From: Arsenophonus sp.
GTDB taxonomy: Bacteria; Pseudomonadota; Gammaproteobacteria; Enterobacterales; Enterobacteriaceae
Length of the DNA stretch: 64,000 bases
Direction of reading: 5' to 3'
NCBI GenBank assembly: GCA_031446105.1
Contig: CP132907.1
Coordinates: forward strand, 67,921-131,920
Position numbers and translations under genes: made by a program
The notes under the pieces: model-generated
The model's database searches: none
The model's input: only the letters and a program-made list of their open reading frames with translations
What the model was told of the DNA's origin: nothing
Shown here: in pieces, positions 58,828 through 64,000 of the stretch
Numbering within the stretch: position 1 is the first letter of the stretch
Layout of the letters: each line of letters starts with the position of its first letter

Positions 58828-61425
58828 ATGGGGAAAGCTCTTGTTATTGTAGAATCTCCGACAAAAGCTAAAACAATCAATAAATATTTAGGGAATAATT
58901 ATATTGTTAAAAGCAGTGTTGGGCATATTCGCGATTTATTAAAAAGCAGTCTTCTTAGATCACAAAAAAAAAGGAATTTAACAAAAAAAAATCAAAAATC
59001 TATTAAAAATAAAGAAGAACTGTTTGTTACCAATATGGGAGTTGATCCATATCATGGATGGAAAGCTAATTATCAAATTTTGCCAGGAAAAGAAAAAATA
59101 GTTTCTGAATTAAAAATTTTAGCCATTAATTCAGAACATATATATTTAGCAACAGATCTTGATCGTGAAGGAGAAGCAATCGCTTGGCATTTAAGAGAAG
59201 TAATTGGTGGTGATTATCAGCGTTTTAGTCGTGTTGTTTTTAATGAAATAACCAAAAAATCTATAAAAACTGCTTTTGATAATCCTTGTGAATTAAATAT
59301 TCATCGGGTTCAAGCTCAACAATCTCGTCGTTTTTTAGATCGTGTTTTTGGTTATATGCTTTCTCCTTTATTGTGGAAAAAAATTGGTCGTGGATTATCT
59401 GCTGGACGTGTTCAATCAGTAGCTGTAGGATTAGTTGTTAAAAGAGAACGTGAAATTAAGACATTTATTGCTGAAGAGTATTGGGAGCTTCATGCAAATT
59501 TGTATATTAATGATACTACATTGCCTATAATGAAAGTAGTGAATAATAAAGGTAAAATATTTAAACCTGAAAAAAAAACAGAAATTGATGATGCCATTTT
59601 TTTATTAAAAAATATAGATTATCAAGTTTTAGAATGTAAAGAAAAAAATACTTTTAGTAAACCAAATGCACCTTTTATTACATCTACTCTTCAACAAGTA
59701 GCAAGTACACGTTTTAATTTTAGTGTCAAAAAGACTATGATGATTGCACAAATGTTATATGAAGCAGGTTATATAACTTATATGCGTACTGATTCAACCA
59801 ATTTAAGTTTAGATGCAATAAATATGGTGCGTGATTATATTTACGATAATTTTGGTAAACAATATTTATCTCAAAAAATAAATTTTTATATAAATAAAAA
59901 AAGTTCACAAGAAGCACATGAAGCTATTAGACCTTCAAACATTTATGTTAAAAGTGAAGATTTAAAAAATTTAGAGTCTGATAGTAAAAAATTATATCAA
60001 CTTATTTGGAATCAATTTGTTTCTTGTCAAATGAAATCAGCAAAATTTTCTTTAAAAATATTAACTGTTAAAGCTGGAAATTTTTTATTACAAGCAAAAA
60101 GTCGTCTTTTAAATTTTGATGGTTGGATAAAAGTGATGCCACTTTTGCATAAAAATAACACAGATAATTTTTTTAAAAATATTTCAGTTGGTACAAAATT
60201 AAAATTAAAAGAATTATTGTTTAGTCAACATTTTACTAAGCCACCTGCACGTTTTACTGAAACTTCTTTAATTAAAGAATTAGAAAAACGTGGAATTGGA
60301 AGACCATCAACTTACCCAATTATTATTTCTAATATTCAAGAGCGTGGTTATGTAAAAATTAAAAAACGTCGTTTTTATGCTGAAAAAATAGGTGAAATTG
60401 TTACTGATCGATTACATGAAAATTTTAAAGAATTAATGGATTGTGATTTTACAGCTAAAATGGAAAATCAATTAGATTTGATAGCAAATGGTCATATTGA
60501 ATGGAAAAGTGTTTTAGATGATTTTTTTTCTTCTTTTGTTCAGCAGCTTGCAACTGCGTATAAAAGTCCAGAAAATGGTGGTATGAGATTAAATCCAATG
60601 GTATTGACATCAATTTTATGTCCAAATTGTAACAGGAAAATGGGAATTAAAAATGCTGCAACTGGTGTTTTTTTGGGATGTTCTGGTTATCAATTTTCAT
60701 CGGGATATTGTAGAAATACCATTAATTTGATTCCTGAAGATGAATTATCAACATCTTTAACAGATTCTTCTATAGAGAAATTTGAAAAAGATTCTTTGAT
60801 AGTACGTCGTAGATGTTCTAAGTGTGGTACTGCAATGGATAGTTATTTTATTAATAATAAATCTAAATTATATGTATGTGGTAATAATCCAGTTTGTAAT
60901 GGTTATGATATCAGAAAAGGTGATTATTATATTAAAGGTTATAATAAAATAATATCATGCGATAAATGTGATTCTGAAATGCATTTAAAGATAGGAAAGT
61001 TTGGAAAGTATATGGGATGTATAAATAAAAGCTGTAAAAATATACGTAAGGTGTTAAGTAATGGTGAAATTTCTCCACCGAAAGAGTTACCGATTCCATT
61101 ACCAGAATTAATTTGTAAAACAACTAATACTTATTTTGTCTTAAAAGATGGTGCTGCTGGAATATTTTTAGCTGCCAGTAATTTCCCAAAATCAAAAGAA
61201 ACTCGTACACCATTAGTAGAAGAATTAATTAGGTTTAAAAAACGGTTACCATCTAAATTTATTTATTTAACAGAAGCACCAATTATTGATCCTGAAGGAA
61301 ATAAGACAATTATTAAATTTAATCGTAAAACTAAGGAACAATATATTATTTCTAAAAAAAATGGAAAAAATACCGGTTGGAGTGCATTTTATATCAATAA
61401 TCGATGGATAACAAATAATAAATAA
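58828..61425 (+). CDS. topA: DNA topoisomerase I
   Basis: 865 aa, same length as E. coli Top[34 protein letters not shown] (TOPRIM), [15 protein letters not shown], the active-site region [11 protein letters not shown] and three Cys4 zinc-ribbon motifs in the C-terminus are present. Confidence 0.97.
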   Translation: MGKALVIVESPTKAKTINKYLGNNYIVKSSVGHIRDLLKSSLLRSQKKRNLTKKNQKSIKNKEELFVTNMGVDPYHGWKANYQILPGKEKIVSELKILAINSEHIYLATDLDREGEAIAWHLREVIGGDYQRFSRVVFNEITKKSIKTAFDNPCELNIHRVQAQQSRRFLDRVFGYMLSPLLWKKIGRGLSAGRVQSVAVGLVVKREREIKTFIAEEYWELHANLYINDTTLPIMKVVNNKGKIFKPEKKTEIDDAIFLLKNIDYQVLECKEKNTFSKPNAPFITSTLQQVASTRFNFSVKKTMMIAQMLYEAGYITYMRTDSTNLSLDAINMVRDYIYDNFGKQYLSQKINFYINKKSSQEAHEAIRPSNIYVKSEDLKNLESDSKKLYQLIWNQFVSCQMKSAKFSLKILTVKAGNFLLQAKSRLLNFDGWIKVMPLLHKNNTDNFFKNISVGTKLKLKELLFSQHFTKPPARFTETSLIKELEKRGIGRPSTYPIIISNIQERGYVKIKKRRFYAEKIGEIVTDRLHENFKELMDCDFTAKMENQLDLIANGHIEWKSVLDDFFSSFVQQLATAYKSPENGGMRLNPMVLTSILCPNCNRKMGIKNAATGVFLGCSGYQFSSGYCRNTINLIPEDELSTSLTDSSIEKFEKDSLIVRRRCSKCGTAMDSYFINNKSKLYVCGNNPVCNGYDIRKGDYYIKGYNKIISCDKCDSEMHLKIGKFGKYMGCINKSCKNIRKVLSNGEISPPKELPIPLPELICKTTNTYFVLKDGAAGIFLAASNFPKSKETRTPLVEELIRFKKRLPSKFIYLTEAPIIDPEGNKTIIKFNRKTKEQYIISKKNGKNTGWSAFYINNRWITNNK

Positions 61426-61961
61426 ATATTTTTTTATTTATATAAAAAATATTATAATTATTTTTTTTTAAAATTATTTTATATGAGTAAAGAAATTCTG
61501 TTGATTTTGTTATTTTTAATAACATTTTTTATAAAAATATTTTAGTTAAAAATTTAAAGTTTTATAATGTTAAATTTTAAGTCAAATAAGTTTTATCGAA
61601 TTAAGTATATAGATTAGCATTTTTGTTCATATAATATGATATATTGATATTTTTTATTTATTATATTTATAAGAAATTTTTATGTAATTTATAAAAATTA
61701 TTAAAATTCTTTATATATTATTTTATTTTTTACTTAAAATAAATATATCTTATTTGATATGATTTTAAAGTATTCAGTCAATGTTAAATAAATATTATAA
61801 TTTTTAATAACGTTAAATATAATAATAAGTTTTGTAGAATTTATATAACTATTTATTATAACTTAATATTTACTTGAAAAAAAAATTTATAGTAAATTCT
61901 TTACATTATAATATTTCCAATTATATATATTCTTGATTATAATAAAGTAGCTTAATATTTC

Positions 61962-63002
<1,041 letters not shown>

Positions 63003-63274
63003 TGTTTTATTTTTTTTGAAAAAATTTATTATATTAAGCATTTTTTATAATTTTTTATTTTTTAGATACATTAAAATATTTTTTATGTTTTTTAGTAAAA
63101 TACTTAAATAAAATATTTAAAAAATATAGAATTTTATATTTTTATCATTAAAAAATAAATAAATATTTTTTAGATTTATAAAAATAAATTTATTTTTTAA
63201 TAAAAAAATTAGATAAAGTTTATATAATTTTTTTTTAAAAATTTTTTTAATTTTAATATTTATTAATAATTAAT

Positions 63275-63307
63275 AATAGCTTAATACTATAAAAGTATTA
63301 AGCTATT
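63275..63307. terminator. perfect 14-bp inverted repeat (hairpin) between convergent cysB and ribA, T-rich on the plus-strand 3' side
   Basis: aatagcttaatact-ataaa-agtattaagctatt is followed by taatttttt. The stem contains G-C pairs, which is unusual in this spacer. Confidence 0.35.
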
Positions 63308-63888
63308 TAATTTTTTAATAAAAATTATTTTTTTCAGCATTTTAAATATGCGTATTATTTTAAAATACATATATATATTTTATTAATAAATGACTAATCA
63401 ATAAAATCCTAAATATATAAAATATCTTATTTGCTTTATATTTTAATATAGTATTTATTTAAAATTATTTTTTATTTTTAAAATATAAAATAGTTTTTTA
63501 AAAAATTATATATTAATATATAATATATTGTAAATATTTCATAAGATATGTATCTTTAATACATAATAATTGTATTTTTTTTTGAAAATTTTATAAAAAT
63601 TTTTTTCTAGATTCTAGATAATAGATAAATATATTTTTTATAGAAATATTTTTATTTTTTATTTTTTTTAAAATTAAAGTGGTTATTATATTGATAATAT
63701 TATATTATATATTTTGAAATTTGTCTTTTTGTTTTTTGTTGATTTTTTGCTAAAAATCAATTTTTTAATAAAAAAACTTTTTTATAAAAAATTTTTGTTA
63801 AATTTAAATATATTATTTATTGTATAATTAACAATTTTTTATATATTAAGAAATGTTTATTTAAAAAAATAAAGTTATTTTAAAAAAA

Positions 63889-64000
63889 TTATTTTTTGTA
63901 TATAAAATTAGGTAATATATGACCTAATTTTTTAGCTTTAACATTTAAATAATTGTTATTTTTTGGATTACGTCCAACAATTAGAGGTACGCGCTCTACT
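63889..64000 (-). CDS. ribA: GTP cyclohydrolase II, C-terminal 36 codons only (the gene continues beyond the window)
   Basis: The minus-strand translation is [36 protein letters not shown]. The E. coli RibA C-terminus is [31 protein letters not shown]. It is convergent with cysB as in E. coli (cysB...acnA ribA). It is not in the ORF track because the fragment is under 60 aa. Confidence 0.85.
   Translation of the reverse strand, partial: VERVPLIVGRNPKNNNYLNVKAKKLGHILPNFIYKK

Overview
This is an extremely AT-rich bacterial chromosome segment. It has the hallmarks of a genome-reduced, Enterobacterales-derived (gammaproteobacterial) endosymbiont; I cannot name the organism from sequence alone. 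I can support 41 protein-coding loci and 6 tRNAs. Of the 41 loci, 3 are interrupted at poly(A) tracts, 1 is truncated to a single domain, and 1 is cut by the window edge. Almost all are housekeeping genes whose products align residue by residue with E. coli K-12 proteins as I recall them from memory; no database search was possible. The genes sit in E. coli-like synteny blocks: rpsP-rimM-trmD-rplS / tyrA' / bamD / rluD / clpB; trxA-rho / argX-hisR-leuT-proM / lptM-dapF; ychF-pth-prs-ispE-lolB / hemA relic / prfA-prmC-sirB1-kdsA; serX-like tRNA, murJ, valV-like tRNA, ribC; argS-cmoB-cmoA; a bactofilin gene; sufD; grxD; serC-aroA-cmk-rpsA-ihfB; amiD; metK; gapA; sohB-topA-cysB / ribA. By my own coordinates only about 59% of the window is intact gene. 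The other roughly 41% is ORF-free spacer with only a few G/C per 60 nt, and it lies where E. coli carries genes. Faint translated relics of hemA and hemC are still readable in these spacers, so I interpret them as eroded gene graveyards. The most unusual observations are as follows. (1) rimM, trmD and cmoA are each broken at an A10-A11 tract. All three would be restored by one extra A, and conserved protein sequence continues past each break. This points to transcriptional slippage or -1 ribosomal slippage, or alternatively to systematic homopolymer under-calling during sequencing. (2) A stand-alone 89-codon chorismate mutase ORF is all that remains of tyrA. (3) An intact sufD has no sufABC or sufSE beside it. 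(4) A membrane-anchored bactofilin gene sits isolated between spacers. (5) tRNA-Leu(CAG) has two adjacent acceptor-stem mismatches. I found no rRNA, mobile elements, CRISPR arrays, prophage genes, toxin-antitoxin genes or defence-like genes. I found no convincing novel multi-gene system; the slippage-dependent genes are the strongest system-level lead.
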